A stretch of DNA of 61,970 nucleotides, filler included, from Choristocarpus tenellus KU-1152 (Eukaryota; Protista; Phaeophyceae): assembly GCA_964200185.2 (NCBI GenBank). It is 9 parts of 9 records of this genome, joined end to end, with 100 filler letters (N's around TTAATTAATTAA, not from the genome) between each part and the next. Parts side by side here need not be neighbours in the genome. Positions count along the whole stretch, not along the records: positions 35,757 to 40,833 come from CAXNAD020011946.1; positions 40,934 to 45,308 come from CAXNAD020014847.1; positions 45,409 to 52,688 come from CAXNAD020006415.1; 6 more parts are not named here. One strand, written 5' to 3'. Position numbers and translations under genes: made by a program. The notes under the pieces are model-generated. The model saw only the letters and a list, made by a program, of their open reading frames with translations, was not told where the DNA came from and made no database searches. Positions 39,450 through 51,989 of the stretch are shown one piece after another (positions within the stretch are counted from its first letter, which is position 1; each line of letters begins with the position of its first letter).

Positions 39450-40760
39450 ACCAATCGTTTTCAGAGCTTCATGGCAAAGGAATTCGAAGAAAACGAACCA
39501 GATGGACATCTACTACCACCATTTCATGACCAAGACTCTTTATCATTTGATGAGGTCATTTTAGAGGATGGAAGAAAACATTTAGTCCATAAATCCTCTG
39601 GGATTTTTGTAGACGCAGAGTTCCGAGTGGTGGACCAGCGGGTGGTCCAAAAACTGATGTGGGCAGATAATCAACCCATGAGTTAATCTCCCTTACCGCC
39701 AACCCTGCCTATTTCTCAGTCTGCACATGTACCCAACACAAGATCTTTCACAACACCGCCAGCACCACCGTCTACATCATTGGCGACGTTGTCTACTGGA
39801 GACCTGTGCATAAATTTGATCAATGACGAGTTAAAGGCTGCAGTGGAGGAGAAGCGTCCTTCAAATATGAACCTTATCCGGAACTTGATAGCGAGGGATA
39901 TAACTGATGTATGGCAATCCCCTCCAATTGCCCCCATTACTGCTTTGCCGAAAATGTCATTAGCGAATTTTCCTGAAGATATGTGTCTTCCCTCGACTAT
40001 CACAGAGGTACCAACTCTTCTGACAAGTTTCCGTATGCATGTCACACTTCAACTTCATGATTAGCAACTTTCAGGGTATGGAAGGCAAAGTTGAATGGCG
40101 CTCACCTGCCCAATTTCGTGCCATTCAAATGCAGAATAATTCCACCGATCCTGTTACCATTGTGGCCCCTAAAACATGGGATCAATTATGTACGGTTTTT
40201 ATCAACACATTCAGTCACACGAATGCGATGGGAGACTGGGGCAGACAGTGGGTTAATATTTCTCAAAAACTCGATGAAACCCTTGAAGCATATGCCCTTC
40301 GTTTTCGACACCTTCTTGGTAGATTTACTACAGCTGTTGACCGTTCATCTACAGATTCTAGCGACCGTAAATATATTGATCAAATCGCGATTGCCCTCTT
40401 CGAAGGTGGACTACAACCTCATCTTCAGCTAAAACAGTTCAGTGAAGACTTCGCTTCTACATTGTCTAAAGCTATCAATCGCACTAAACGCCATGAAGCC
40501 AACAATCTAACGGGAAAAAGACATGCCCACGCACTTGCCCCTGTTCTTTCGACTCCGCCGACTGTTTCGACTGCTGTTTCTGCTATTTCCGCCGGTCACT
40601 CCGCACCGTCTACGTCCCCTTCGGCTAAAATTGGGGCACTACAAGCTAACAATAAGTGGCTCGAACGAGAAGTTCGAAATTTAAATCGACATTTCATTGG
40701 ACGTTCAAGCAACAGCCATGCTCCTTTGACACCCCCTCCAACACCATCTTCACATAACAG
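39450..40760 (+). pseudogene. Ty3/Gypsy gag (Retrotrans_gag-like) with frameshifted 5' part
   Basis: TWDQLCTVFINTF...ISQKLDETLEAYALRFRHL...LFEGGLQPHLQ...TLSKAI is a typical gag capsid pattern. Confidence 0.8.
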
Positions 40761-41899
40761 AGGATTTTCAGAATTGAGGATGGAGCGGGGCTATGAGGAT
40801 GGTTGTTCTGCGAAAACGGTCTTAAAAAAGTACNNNNNNNNNNNNNNNNNNNNNNNNNNNNNNNNNNNNNNNNNNNNTTAATTAATTAANNNNNNNNNNN
40901 NNNNNNNNNNNNNNNNNNNNNNNNNNNNNNNNNTCGAAAAAAGGGTGAAAAACGGACGCCGGCATCCCCCCCCCCCAGATACTTTGAGTGGACACTCTAT
41001 GATGATGGGAAAAAATCAAGTGTGATGTACCACCAACAAGTCATCAATTCAAACTACATTGTATACAAGTAATTTGTTTTCGGATTGTTTATTGCCAGTT
41101 GTTCATGTATAGAACCTGACAAATTGGATGTTGGTAATATTAAAATTTCTCTTGATGCACATGTTTTTGGTATTTTAATTATATGACATTTTTTCTTCTC
41201 TATAATGTCAATGGTCGTAGCAAAACTTGTTCAATTTTGCCTGTCACTTCCTCAGTAGACTTTCCAAGTTCAAATTTCATCCAGCTGAATTGAAAATTGG
41301 AGGTTTACTAGGAGGTTCTCCAGTTTATAGAGGCAACCCTACTCATATAATCTATTTTGACCAACCCTAACCAAAAATGTAAATGAAATAAAAGGTGCAA
41401 AGAGAACAAATTACATAACATCAATTATAAGTGGGATGCTCCAATAAACCTGGGCACCTGTTTGCCCCCTAAACCTCTTTCTTGAAAATGGCAATACCAG
41501 ACCATATCCCTTGCCGGAGTACATTAAAATTGACTCCGACCGAAATATTGCTCGTTCTGGAGTGTGTTACTTCAGAGAGCAACGGCATCAAAGGAAGCTC
41601 GCTATATATTTCAGCGATAATACTCTTGCTTAACTAGATGTTCAGGGGAGGAATCGACCTCCGCTTACGCCATATCGCAAGAACGCATGCACATGACCTA
41701 CTCGCGCTCACCGGTCTCGACACAGTAGGTACCGTGTTGCCCTCATCGAAACGACCAAACCGACGGGGGTCGACGGATAACCCATCCCAACTTGTTGAGG
41801 GAGCATAAGAAGGGCCGCCAGAGAGCGCTTCACGGCTATGAACTCTCAGGGCCCCAGTTAGGTCGATCCTGCACGTGGTAGATATTGGGGTATAAAAGG

Positions 41900-43010
41900 T
41901 CTAGGATGTTGATGTAGTTGATATCGTTGACGGTTTTGTAAGGACGATTTAGACCTGCTGCCGAGAGTGGTAATCAACCTGGCCGACATAATTCTGATTC
42001 ATCATTGCGAATCTATCTCCGGAAGAGCTGGTTCATTTTATGTTCTCCATGAACCTCACAATCATATCGGAGCTAGACCTCCACACAATACGTTGATGGC
42101 CTCGCATCTCCGCACCGACACACCGGCGCAATACTTTACAAGTTGAGCACCTCTTATCGATGAATTTCTCGAGCTTGTGTGGGCTTGTAGACAGCATCGT
42201 AGTACCTAGTCCTCGGTCGTTGTTGCAAACAATGAGATGTTTGGGCGACTAAAACATTTTCCTACTACATGTAACGCATGAAACCTACTGCCTACTTTTT
42301 TTTGTTGAGAAATGGGGTATGCGAAGTTCTGCATGGCGTTCCAGTCCCCGTACATGCACCATATCATTAGAACAAGTCCGGTCCAAATTGACCCCGCGCC
42401 CCCTTGTCGTAGAAAGCTGTAGACGAATGTTGACTATGCTCAAATGATGTGCAGGGTGCGCTCTTCATATAACCTACACTCACAAAAGTACTTCAGCTCA
42501 GTCCATATAATTGTGAGAGGACGTATTTTAGTTGCGGTCGATTACCCTCTCAGGCCCTGATAAAACAGTACAGAGTCGTATATGGTGGTGACGGGGTGTG
42601 CTTTGTGCGTACGGAGGACCAAGATATTCGAATAGAGCCCTACTTCCGCCAGGAGACCTAGTACAACTGGTGCGGAGTAATTTTTTCCGTTGCGGATCTG
42701 GACTATTCGAGAGACCATGCCCACAAGAACAGGAGCAACCGTGGACAAACATACCAGGCCTAACGAAGGGCCAGCCCAAGGTGTTAACGGTCTGCGAGCA
42801 CTCAGGCATCAAAAAAAGAGCGTAGACACTCTCGGCACGGTGCCAAGAATCTTGCCACATACCGCTGCAGCCACGCCGAAAGATATGGGTGGTTATCTTG
42901 CCCGCTCTTCTGCCGAGGTAACATGCGTGCTCTGAACAAAATGTATCCCTTGAACATCCAGTACTTGAAGGGTAATGTCTTGCACATTAGAACTCTTGCA
43001 TTTCCCACCA
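41900..43010 (-). pseudogene. Degenerate CRE-like non-LTR RT
   Basis: ARMLPRQKSG...LQRYVARFL...LRSFF, IRNGKNYS and GARGQFGPDLF resemble ARL.AL.K..RRLVAK / NAFNS / QGDPLGPLLF. Confidence 0.5.
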
Positions 43011-43770
43011 TTACAGCAAGCTTGTGTCATTTTGTGGATTTACTAACCTTACGAGTCTGAACAAGTACCTCTATCCAACTTCCTTGTGCATGACACATTG
43101 GTATTGATAGGAAAGTCACTCACAGACCCATCGAAAACCCACTATAATTTCCCGCATGGCCTTGGCTAAATATTACCTTAGGTGAAAGCTTTCTGGAAGA
43201 GGGGCGAAGTAGCATTCCAGAGGGGCCGGTATACCGAGAGTGTCATAGCGTTCACAGTAGCTGTTGAACTTTCCCGCAAGCTAGTGAGGGAAGATGGGTC
43301 AACAACGAGATCAGGTCACAAGGAAAACCTTGCCCGACTGTTGTTTCGAAGGTGAGCTACTAATACAGAATACCATCCACTCGAGAAGACCACGAGAGAA
43401 GATGGGAAAATGATTTCGCCCGTGCTAGTCAGAATACCCCTCTCAATCCTAAACTCTTCATTACTTGAATATTTACAACAAAATATCAATAAGAGAGGAC
43501 ATCATAGTGTGCCCTATCACTCCTTATACTACTTTTCTTAAGTTCAAACTGCATGCATAGGCAGGTGCTCTTCATTTTCTGTCCCAAAGGGACTGGTAGG
43601 ACAGCAAAACGATCAAGGAAAGGGGAAGTAAGAATTGAGAGTAAAACAGTTTGCTAACCGCATCATTGCCTTGTTGCGCTACAATATCATGCATCAGGAT
43701 AGGTGATGAGTGTGTTGCTGCATTCCGCAAAAATACCTGCATATAATCTGGAGCATGAATTATTAGGCAA

Positions 43771-44029
43771 GACCCAAAGCATTTAAGAGGGTAGGAGTTT
43801 TTCCCTGTTTGTCCCTTTGGGGCTTAGCTTCTGATGGGGTTTTTGTGCCCCTTTTCGGTTTTCTGTGTGAACACAGTTACCTAAAATGTATGCGACTATG
43901 AAGGGTGTGTCCGGAACAAGGATATTGACACTTCAAAACAAACATGATAGCCAAAATTACATTAAAATCTCAAAATTGGATTTTGGAACCCAAATGGACA
44001 CGACCCTACCCTCTTAAAAGCTTTGACTC
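43771..44029 (+). mobile_element. MITE family A, older divergent copy, TSD CAA
   Basis: CAA-gacccaaagcatttaagagggt...accctcttaaaagctttgactc-CAA. Confidence 0.85.
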
Positions 44030-45102
44030 CAAAGTAAGGGTCAAGACCAATAGGCTATATGCTGGTGGTTCAGTTGATGTTTATTTAATGGTGCATTTCC
44101 AAGCATTGAACTTTCTTAATGGTAAATTTAAATAGTATCACCTGCTTGTACTCTTGACACCTCCACCATTCTGACTGAGGTACTCTACTGACCCCCATCA
44201 GTACCTGATACTATTGATATGAAGGTTTTCAACTTGGGGCATGTGGTTGATCCTTGTAGTACACGGGGCGGGAGGAACCGACTCAACCATTGCATTCATG
44301 ACCCGGCAAAGTTCTTGGATGTGGAACCCGGTCCTGGCTTTTGCACCCACCCTTAAACCTCAGGTGGAACCTTGGTTGGATACGGTGCAAGTCATTCACT
44401 AATGATGGAGACAGATACCCCTGACTTTGGCAAACGCTTTTTACGATAACTGAAGCCACATTTGAATGTCCATCTTAACATCTTGATCGATAAATTGCTC
44501 TGAATTCGTTTGCTTGTCCAAAACCTCATCCTGCTCCTGCGAGGTAAGGGCATGCTCGAGGATTCTCTGCGGTGAGAAGGCACTCAGTACCGTAGAAGAT
44601 CTGGATGAGTCGATTGGACTCTGCCCGTCACAGCCGCTGGCTTTCCTCCAAAAGGGGAAAGTGTTGCTACAGATGAAAGTGAGCATGCACCAGTCACCAG
44701 TCTTCAATGCCGTACACCTCTTTTTTGAAAAAAATGTGATTAGCATGTTCGTATTTAGTGCTCTACTGACTTGCATTGAAGATAATGGAAGCGCCAGACA
44801 CGTGGTGAAATAAAGTAGGAGTTTCACATGGAATCGTTCCTTTCCAGAAATGATGTTTCCAGTGTTCCGGAGAACATTCTCCGAACAGTATCTGGTTTCT
44901 AGACTAGTTATATCTGGAAGCACATAGTAAGATTGAGACGCTTGGGACTTCTTGGACATAGTGTTGTTCTAGACGTCTGTCAGTGGGAAGTAGTAGCAGA
45001 GTCCACTATCAACTCGCCACCAATATAGACCAAGCAATTTAGTCCTACTAGAGAAAGAGACTATTACAAGAAAGGATAGCCGTGTGGGTAAATGAGATAT
45101 TA

Positions 45103-45275
45103 GGCTGAAAGTATCTGGGGGGGGGGTGGCGTCTGTCCATTTGGGGTCAATTTTTTCATGTTGCAATTTTTGTGTGATTTGGTTCCATACGTCGGATGGA
45201 TAATTTAAATGCACGTTTCCTGATTTTGACCCAAATGGACACCCTGGTGTAGACTCTCCTCTCCCCCCACCCCAC
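45103..45275. mobile_element. Element with a family B-like end and family A-like subterminal sequence
   Basis: ggctgaaagtatctg(n)tggcgtctgtccatttggggtcaa..., with the inverted ttttgacccaaatggaca downstream. Confidence 0.55.
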
Positions 45276-45408
45276 TCCCCAACCCTTAACATCAAGTAAT
45301 GTAGAGTANNNNNNNNNNNNNNNNNNNNNNNNNNNNNNNNNNNNNNNNNNNNTTAATTAATTAANNNNNNNNNNNNNNNNNNNNNNNNNNNNNNNNNNNN
45401 NNNNNNNN

Positions 45409-45900
45409 GGATACGCCTGCACCAACTATGCAAGGGGATGGGCATCCCTTGCACTATGGAGGACGGTAGCCCTTTCACAGTGGACAGGAATCTCTGCATG
45501 GATCTGGTGTTCCACGCAGGGGCACTAGCGGACACTGGAACAAACCCCTACAGGGACAAAGGCCTTCTGCTAGATGTCACCTTCGCAGAGGTACAGGCAA
45601 CCTCCCACCTTTCCCACTCATCTACCAGTAATGATGTAACTGCTGCTGCAGCCAAGGCGCAAAAGCGCACCCACTACGAGGGCTCCTTTGATCGTTGTAA
45701 TTATAACCTCAACACCTTCACGGTGGAAAGTTTTGGGGGCCTCAGCAAGCAAGCGGAATGCTTCCTGGACGAGCTGCCTACTCATATGGTAGGGGGGAGA
45801 GGAGCAGGAGGATATACCAGGAAAGGAGTAGTTAAATCCTGACTGCGCCAAATTGTCTCGGTTACTATGTAAGTGGCACTGTCTACACGTACGTGTCATG
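45409..45900 (+). pseudogene. Restriction-like endonuclease (RLE) C-terminus of a non-LTR retrotransposon
   Basis: MDLV...LLLDVT...AAAAK..KRTHY...FTVESFGGLSKQA..FL..L...LRQIVSV fits the PD-D/ExK RLE pattern; in-frame stops near the end. Confidence 0.85.
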
Positions 45901-46119
45901 CATTTTAAGCTAGAATCACAAGGGAGATGGAGACGGAGAGGTTTATTATCGATTCTTGGAATACTTCCCTAGCTCCTCCCGGGGCACAGATATAGGTAGA
46001 TTGGAGACACAGACAGGAGGGCAGTAGTACAACATAGATAGTGGTGGGGTAACCAATGGATTAGGGTTTTCCACATTAATGACATATTATTTCTTTAGGG
46101 CTTATATTGACGATGAAAC

Positions 46120-46325
46120 ACAACTGGTTTTCCCCCTGACACATCTGGAAAATGTCTTAAGGCATAATAATATAACTATTCGAAAGGATACCCTGACACA
46201 CCTCCAAAATGTCAAAGGGCATAATAATAATATAATACATTTCATTAGTTTTTCCCGTGGTATATCTGTAAAATGTTAAAGGGCAAAATAATAAAATATT
46301 CGGAGGGATAGGTTTTCCATATCTT
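46120..46325 (+). repeat. Three degenerate ~60-bp units; a related unit is at 61040-61135
   Basis: ccctgacacatctg.aa.atgtc..a.ggcataataata occurs at both loci. Confidence 0.7.
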
Positions 46326-48383
46326 CCCGTAACGTCTCTTTATGAGTACGTTTGCCGAACGCGGATCTCCAATCTCTATCGGGATCGTGATCGTCCCCAT
46401 GTGCTCTGTACTCCAGTTTTTCCTCCAAGTCCTTTCAGTCTTGCATTTGTCCGACCATAACCTCCTCCTCTAGGTTACGGTTCGTGTTAGTCCGTTTGTT
46501 TGGTCCGTCTTACCTGGTGATCCTCTTCACCACCCTTCCCTGAGTAAACCACACTGTCAAAGAATCATACCATTCGAGTAAATTTCGAATAAAAAAATCA
46601 GAGAGTGCGAACTATATTTTGCAACGAGATATTTTAGTAATTTTAATAAAATACCTTCTTCTGTTGTAATATACTCCCAAGTATATTTTGTGTCTCAGTT
46701 CAAGTCATGGATAACCTCAACAACTCGTCGTCACGCCAAAACATCTCTATGGATTGTTGTTACACCATGACTAGTTGTATCACCTCTTTCCTGCCTCGGT
46801 TCTCGCATGTTGTCTCGCAAGTTGGGTTCAGCACTCCGTCACCCCTAACTCAATCTCCTTTTTCGAATCTTCTGGTGGACCGAATCTTTACATTTTCCAT
46901 CTTGATCTTGGCACGTAGTTTATTTTGCGGTAGAATAGAGAAAGGATAGTAGTCAGATATACGATCCGTTGTGCTTGTTGTTGAGCTTTTCACCACCAAG
47001 GGATAAGGACGCTCATATGGTTAGGGTTATATGGCGACACAGTAGTATAATTAGTAGTATCATATTAGCATTAAGTGGTGGTGGTGATAGTAGTAGTAAT
47101 CATTCATACTTTTTGGTCATCTTTTGTCTGGAACTTCTCCATCAAACGCCCGACCTACCTGCACAGACAACTGGGCTATTTTTTCTCCCATACCCTCTAC
47201 CTGTTGCACCAAACTAATTGGGGTACACGTGCGTACCTTCATTTTTTCTCTTTTTGTTCATTAAACAAAACCAAATTTCCTGCGAAGAAAATCTGGTCTT
47301 TGTAGGTGGTGGTCAAAAACCCCACTCGTTTCACAGAGTAATGTGAAAAACACCATGCATAGAAAAAATAGTAGTAAGTGAGAACATACAATCTACCTTG
47401 AACATTAAAAAGAAATATATTTGAGGAACATGAACAAGTAAGAGAATCAGTGGAATTGCATCCACATAAACCTCTAATTTAATGCGCAACAAATGTCACA
47501 TGTGACATCAAACGAGGTAGGGAAGGTGTTGGAGATACAGATTATTCTACAACTATACTTGAAATTGTGCGTCATCATTCGAATCGGTTCTTTAAATATT
47601 GAAGCATTAGTGATGTATCATCCATGTACTACGCCTTAGAAAAATTCTCTCTCAAGAACCAAAACGATAAATGAAGAGTTTGAAAATTCGAACTCTTATC
47701 AAACATATTGTTTATATATAGAGTATATAGTTTTGAGTAGAATGAAATTGAGGATCTTCCAATTTTTGGGGGATTTGGTTTTGCTGTTCCAACAGCTTCT
47801 TTATCTACATGCTATATCAAAGAAGTGTGAAATGTGTAGGTAAGTGTATTGGTAAGACATTTCATAGTTGATAACTGGTACTTTTTCACCAACATTTCAA
47901 GATATGGATCTTGAAGATATTTCATCTATAATCAATCCTACATGTCTGAAACTACAGGGTACAGTGGACGAATAAGAAAGGGGGTCGAAAGATCTATTCT
48001 GAATCGTTTCACCTCTAGAAACAACCTGAATTAAATATGTGAATGCGAAGTAATATAATTTGCCTCGTTAGGTTTCATTGTCTTTTATAGTAAAAGGGAG
48101 ATGTTGTCCAGGGTTACATTCAGAAAAATAGAAACATTTCTGATTGCTGGAAGGGCATTTGTGGGAGAATAGTCTGGCGAAGAATTGGTACTTGTTGCAA
48201 CTCATCGATTATGGTGAGGATGATGCGCATGATACTCAACGTTTGAGGGGTTCAACCTTCTTTATGGATATTGGTATCGGTGTAAATAGGTACATTGGTA
48301 AGGAGCGCATATCATTTTGGGGAAGTTATTGACGCCAACAAACGAGTTAGGAACTTGAGCCTACGACGAAATCTCTGTTCCAG

Positions 48384-51300
48384 ATGAACTCGTTCTTACC
48401 TTGTCAAGACAGGGACCTTCGCAGCAGGTCACGAATTGATTGCCACAGAGATGCTATTCCGAATGGACCCGTGCGCAATGGTTTGCACGGAAGGGGTTTT
48501 TCCAACCTGCCTCAGTCAGAACCTCAGGAACAACGGGGAGAGTGTCCGACGCTTCCCTCGAAGAACAAAAGGATCAAACTGATCGATGCGAGGTTCAGAG
48601 ATAAATTCTCGGACAAGAGTTGCGACGATAATGTGTCCTCTGGTTCTGCATCAACCACAGGAAATCATGAAGGATCCTCTCTTTGGCCTGGTGCCCGCTC
48701 GCCATCCGATGTGATACGAAATGACATCCGTGATACGAGTCCCACTCATCTGCGATCCTTAGGTTCTCAGGAAAAAGTGGGACGAACGATGCCGACTTCT
48801 GTGTCACTCCAAACCAGTTCTGAGATACTGATGCAGAGGGAGCTACCACAACCAAGGTTACCCTCACCACCTGACATCCTGCAAGAAGGGCAGCATACGT
48901 CTAGGTCTGCCTTGGAAGAATGCACGGCAGAGGATGATCAATCTGTAGACATGGAGAAGTTAAGACGCCCCAAGTGTGGGGAGACAACTTGCTCTGCAAT
49001 ACACGCTGCACAGAACAATGGACCATCAGGACTTAAGTGTGCATTGAATGCAGCATGTTGGTTCTTCAAGACAGTGACAACCCAGGTGATTTCAACTACA
49101 GCAATAGCAGTTTACAACATTTGGTGATGTAATTAATAAATTGGACGGTTATCTTTTGTTTAAATCTTGTAGAAAATCACCAGCTTGTCCTTGGCTACAA
49201 CACACTCGTTCTGAATTGAGACTCTGCAGACTAGAGATCGCTCTACTACACTACTCCCATGGAGTTTTCCTGCATCATATAACTACGTGTTCCAACCATG
49301 CTTTGTAGCTAGGTTACCAAACTTGTGCCGCCGTTATTGAGTTCCAGTTCACAATTATTTTACTGTATTTGCGCTTCATATTTTGAAATGTCAAGTGAAA
49401 ATACTGTCATCCTGAGAAAATGTCGCATATCCTTATGACTAAGAACTGAGATGAGGGATGGTAGAATAATGTATCCGTTCGCATCTTGCCTAGCAGTCTA
49501 CATTTGAGTGCCTGGGTCTCAGTGTGAATAGCAGCATTAGTGAGAAGGCACACGGGTTCTCACTTTTTCCCATGTTCCTAATTTGGCTGTTGCCTCTCTG
49601 CACCTTGCATGTAAGGTGGTTGCAATCGAGGCTAACTCCCTACCATCAGTATTCAAGGAGGTCCCTAAACTTCGAGAAGTGTGCCTGAAGTGGGCATCTG
49701 TCCCGTTTTGCTTAGCTATGGGCTTTGGCAACATGAACCACTTCGAGGTGGGCACTGTGCTTGAAGCATTTGCTCGAGGCTATAACACCCCTTCACTGGG
49801 CGATGCATACAAGGAGGGCACCTATGTCAAGGGTGTAACAGTTGTTAACTATGTAGGATCCCTGCTGACATACCGAGCAAACGAATTTTTGGCATGCAAT
49901 GATCTTACAGATGCTGAAATAGAGAGCGCCCACAAAGGGAAAATGTGGAAAACAAAGAGCGCCTCTCACCCACCTCTCTACAGAGTGTGGGAAGCATTGG
50001 ATGCCCGGGTTGAACAACGTGAGCAGAAAGAAGGCTTAGCTCGGGATAAGGCACAGTGGAAAGCTCATTCCATCTCTATCAATGAGTTTAATATGGTGAA
50101 GGAACGCACAGACCAGTGCATGGTAGAAGCCAGACGAGACGATGATCCGTACCGCTATGCCAAGCATGCTATTGCTGGTGCCGCCCAGGAGATCCTTCAC
50201 CTTGGTGGATGTAGAGCCATGAGTGATCTCGCGAACATCAAATTCTCTGATTTCAAGGTTCAGGAGGACGGGAGTTACTTCTACAGGAATCGCTTCGTGA
50301 GTGTTTGGAGCTCCGTGTTCTATGAGACAGCTGTTGCTGAAAGCATGCATGATTCGTGTACATTGAGTAAACACTGATTAGAGTTTACGTGTATTCCATG
50401 TTTTTTTGCTCAAACAATTCCAGAATCGTATGGTATTCTTTGAATTGTAACATTGTCACATGATTGTATCTGCTCTTGCACAATGCAGTGGTATTTTATT
50501 TTCTTATGTATGTATCATTTGTTTAGACATGCACGTCACATTTTTTCTTTTTCAACTTGACCACTCTCCCTCATCTCACATGTGCTGCTTACATCTTTTC
50601 CGAAAAACATACCCCAAAGTGTCATTCCTATTCCTTCACCACCTTCAGAAGTACAAATTGGTGTTTTTTATTCAGTATTCTAGTCCACCCTCTCCTTGTT
50701 GTTCCATTGTCCCCATCCCCTTGATTTTCCAGGGTGAGGAGTTCTGTGAGCTAACTCCAACATACCACATGAAGCATCCACCTGAGCAGGGCATCTACAG
50801 AAGGGGGTACCCAAGGGAGCCACAGCCTCGAAATATCGCTTCGCGGAGGTTCAAGGAATTGTTCCTTCTCCTCAAAGCCCACCGCCCCCACAATGCTCAA
50901 GACCGTTTCTTCCTCCAGCCTTCCAGGGACCGTAACATTACGTTCATGGCTGACTCTCCCCCCTGGTTCACAACACAGCCAGTGGGAAGAAATTCCGAAT
51001 ACATAAAGTGCATCGTCGGTTACGCTCGGGACCTGGGACTCTCCAACCACCTCACGAATACCTCAATCAGATCCCTAGTGCAAATGCAGCTTGCACTTGC
51101 CAATGTGCCTATGACTGTGATTACAATCGTTGTGGGACACATGTCAGGCAAAAAAGGAAGTGTGCATCCCTCAGCTGAGAGGCGTCTTGGTGCCACTGCG
51201 AAGAACATGGTACTCTATGTTGAGGGGATGCGCAGCCAGCCAGTAAGGGAGCTTGTGGCTGTGATTCTTGATGGGCGTGGGACATGGGACAGTCTCAAAG

Positions 51301-51989
51301 GTGACAAGAGGATCATGGGCAGTGAAGCGATCGATTCTACCGGTACTGCTGGCATCTCCACCAACCCTTCTCCGTCTGCATACTCCACTGCTATGGGTGT
51401 ACCCTCATGCACTGCTTCTGTCTCCCCTCAACCACATTGGCCACAGAATTTGCGTGTTGCACATCATAGTATGCCACAGCTCAGCAACTTGACCAACTAT
51501 GACCCTGGCATTCCTCCTTCTGTATCCCAGCCATATTGTGTGCCATATGCCAGGATGACCCGGCTTCCGCCTGGTGTCTTTGGCACCCCTTACAGCTATG
51601 GTCCTGCCACAAGTGCATCACAATCTTCTCCCATTGTGGCCCCTGAAAATTGGCTGCAAATTGCGAGCTCATCCAACCCCGACCAACTTGTAGGAAGCTT
51701 CCCCCAGTCGCCTGGATGGCACGGTGCAGAGGCAGGACCTTCTAGTGTCAGACCTGGCCGTGCGCTCTCACCACCCTACGCAATGAGATCGGTTGCAAGC
51801 CAGTATCGGGGGGGGGGCGTGGCATCAACACCTCGTTTGGCAAGCATTCAAACTCCTCCCAAAGCGCCTGGATTAGACAGGGTTGAAGCAGGTGGTGTTG
51901 ACCAGGCCCCATCTTGTGGGGGGTGTGGTACACCCTTTTTTAGTTTTCCTAATGTATACTTTTGCATGGTCTGTGGGAGGAAGCGATAG
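48384..51989 (+). CDS. Crypton/DUF3504-type tyrosine recombinase with C-terminal zinc ribbon; predicted exons 48384-49085, 49616-50296, 50733-51989 (879 aa if all are joined)
   Basis: Motifs in order: ALDARV..G..KAHSIS..E, GGCRAMSDLANIKFSDF, HMK, RFFLQP, WFTTQPVGRN, LTNTSIRS, VVGHMS, VLY, CGGC..CMVCG. Intron 50297-50732 (GTGAGT..TTCCAG) is phase 0. Linkage of the first exon is less certain. Confidence 0.82.

Noticed and set aside
50460-50732. First 91 aa of the 509-aa ORF
   Set aside because: Pyrimidine-rich intron sequence that happens to be open; the exon starts at 50733.
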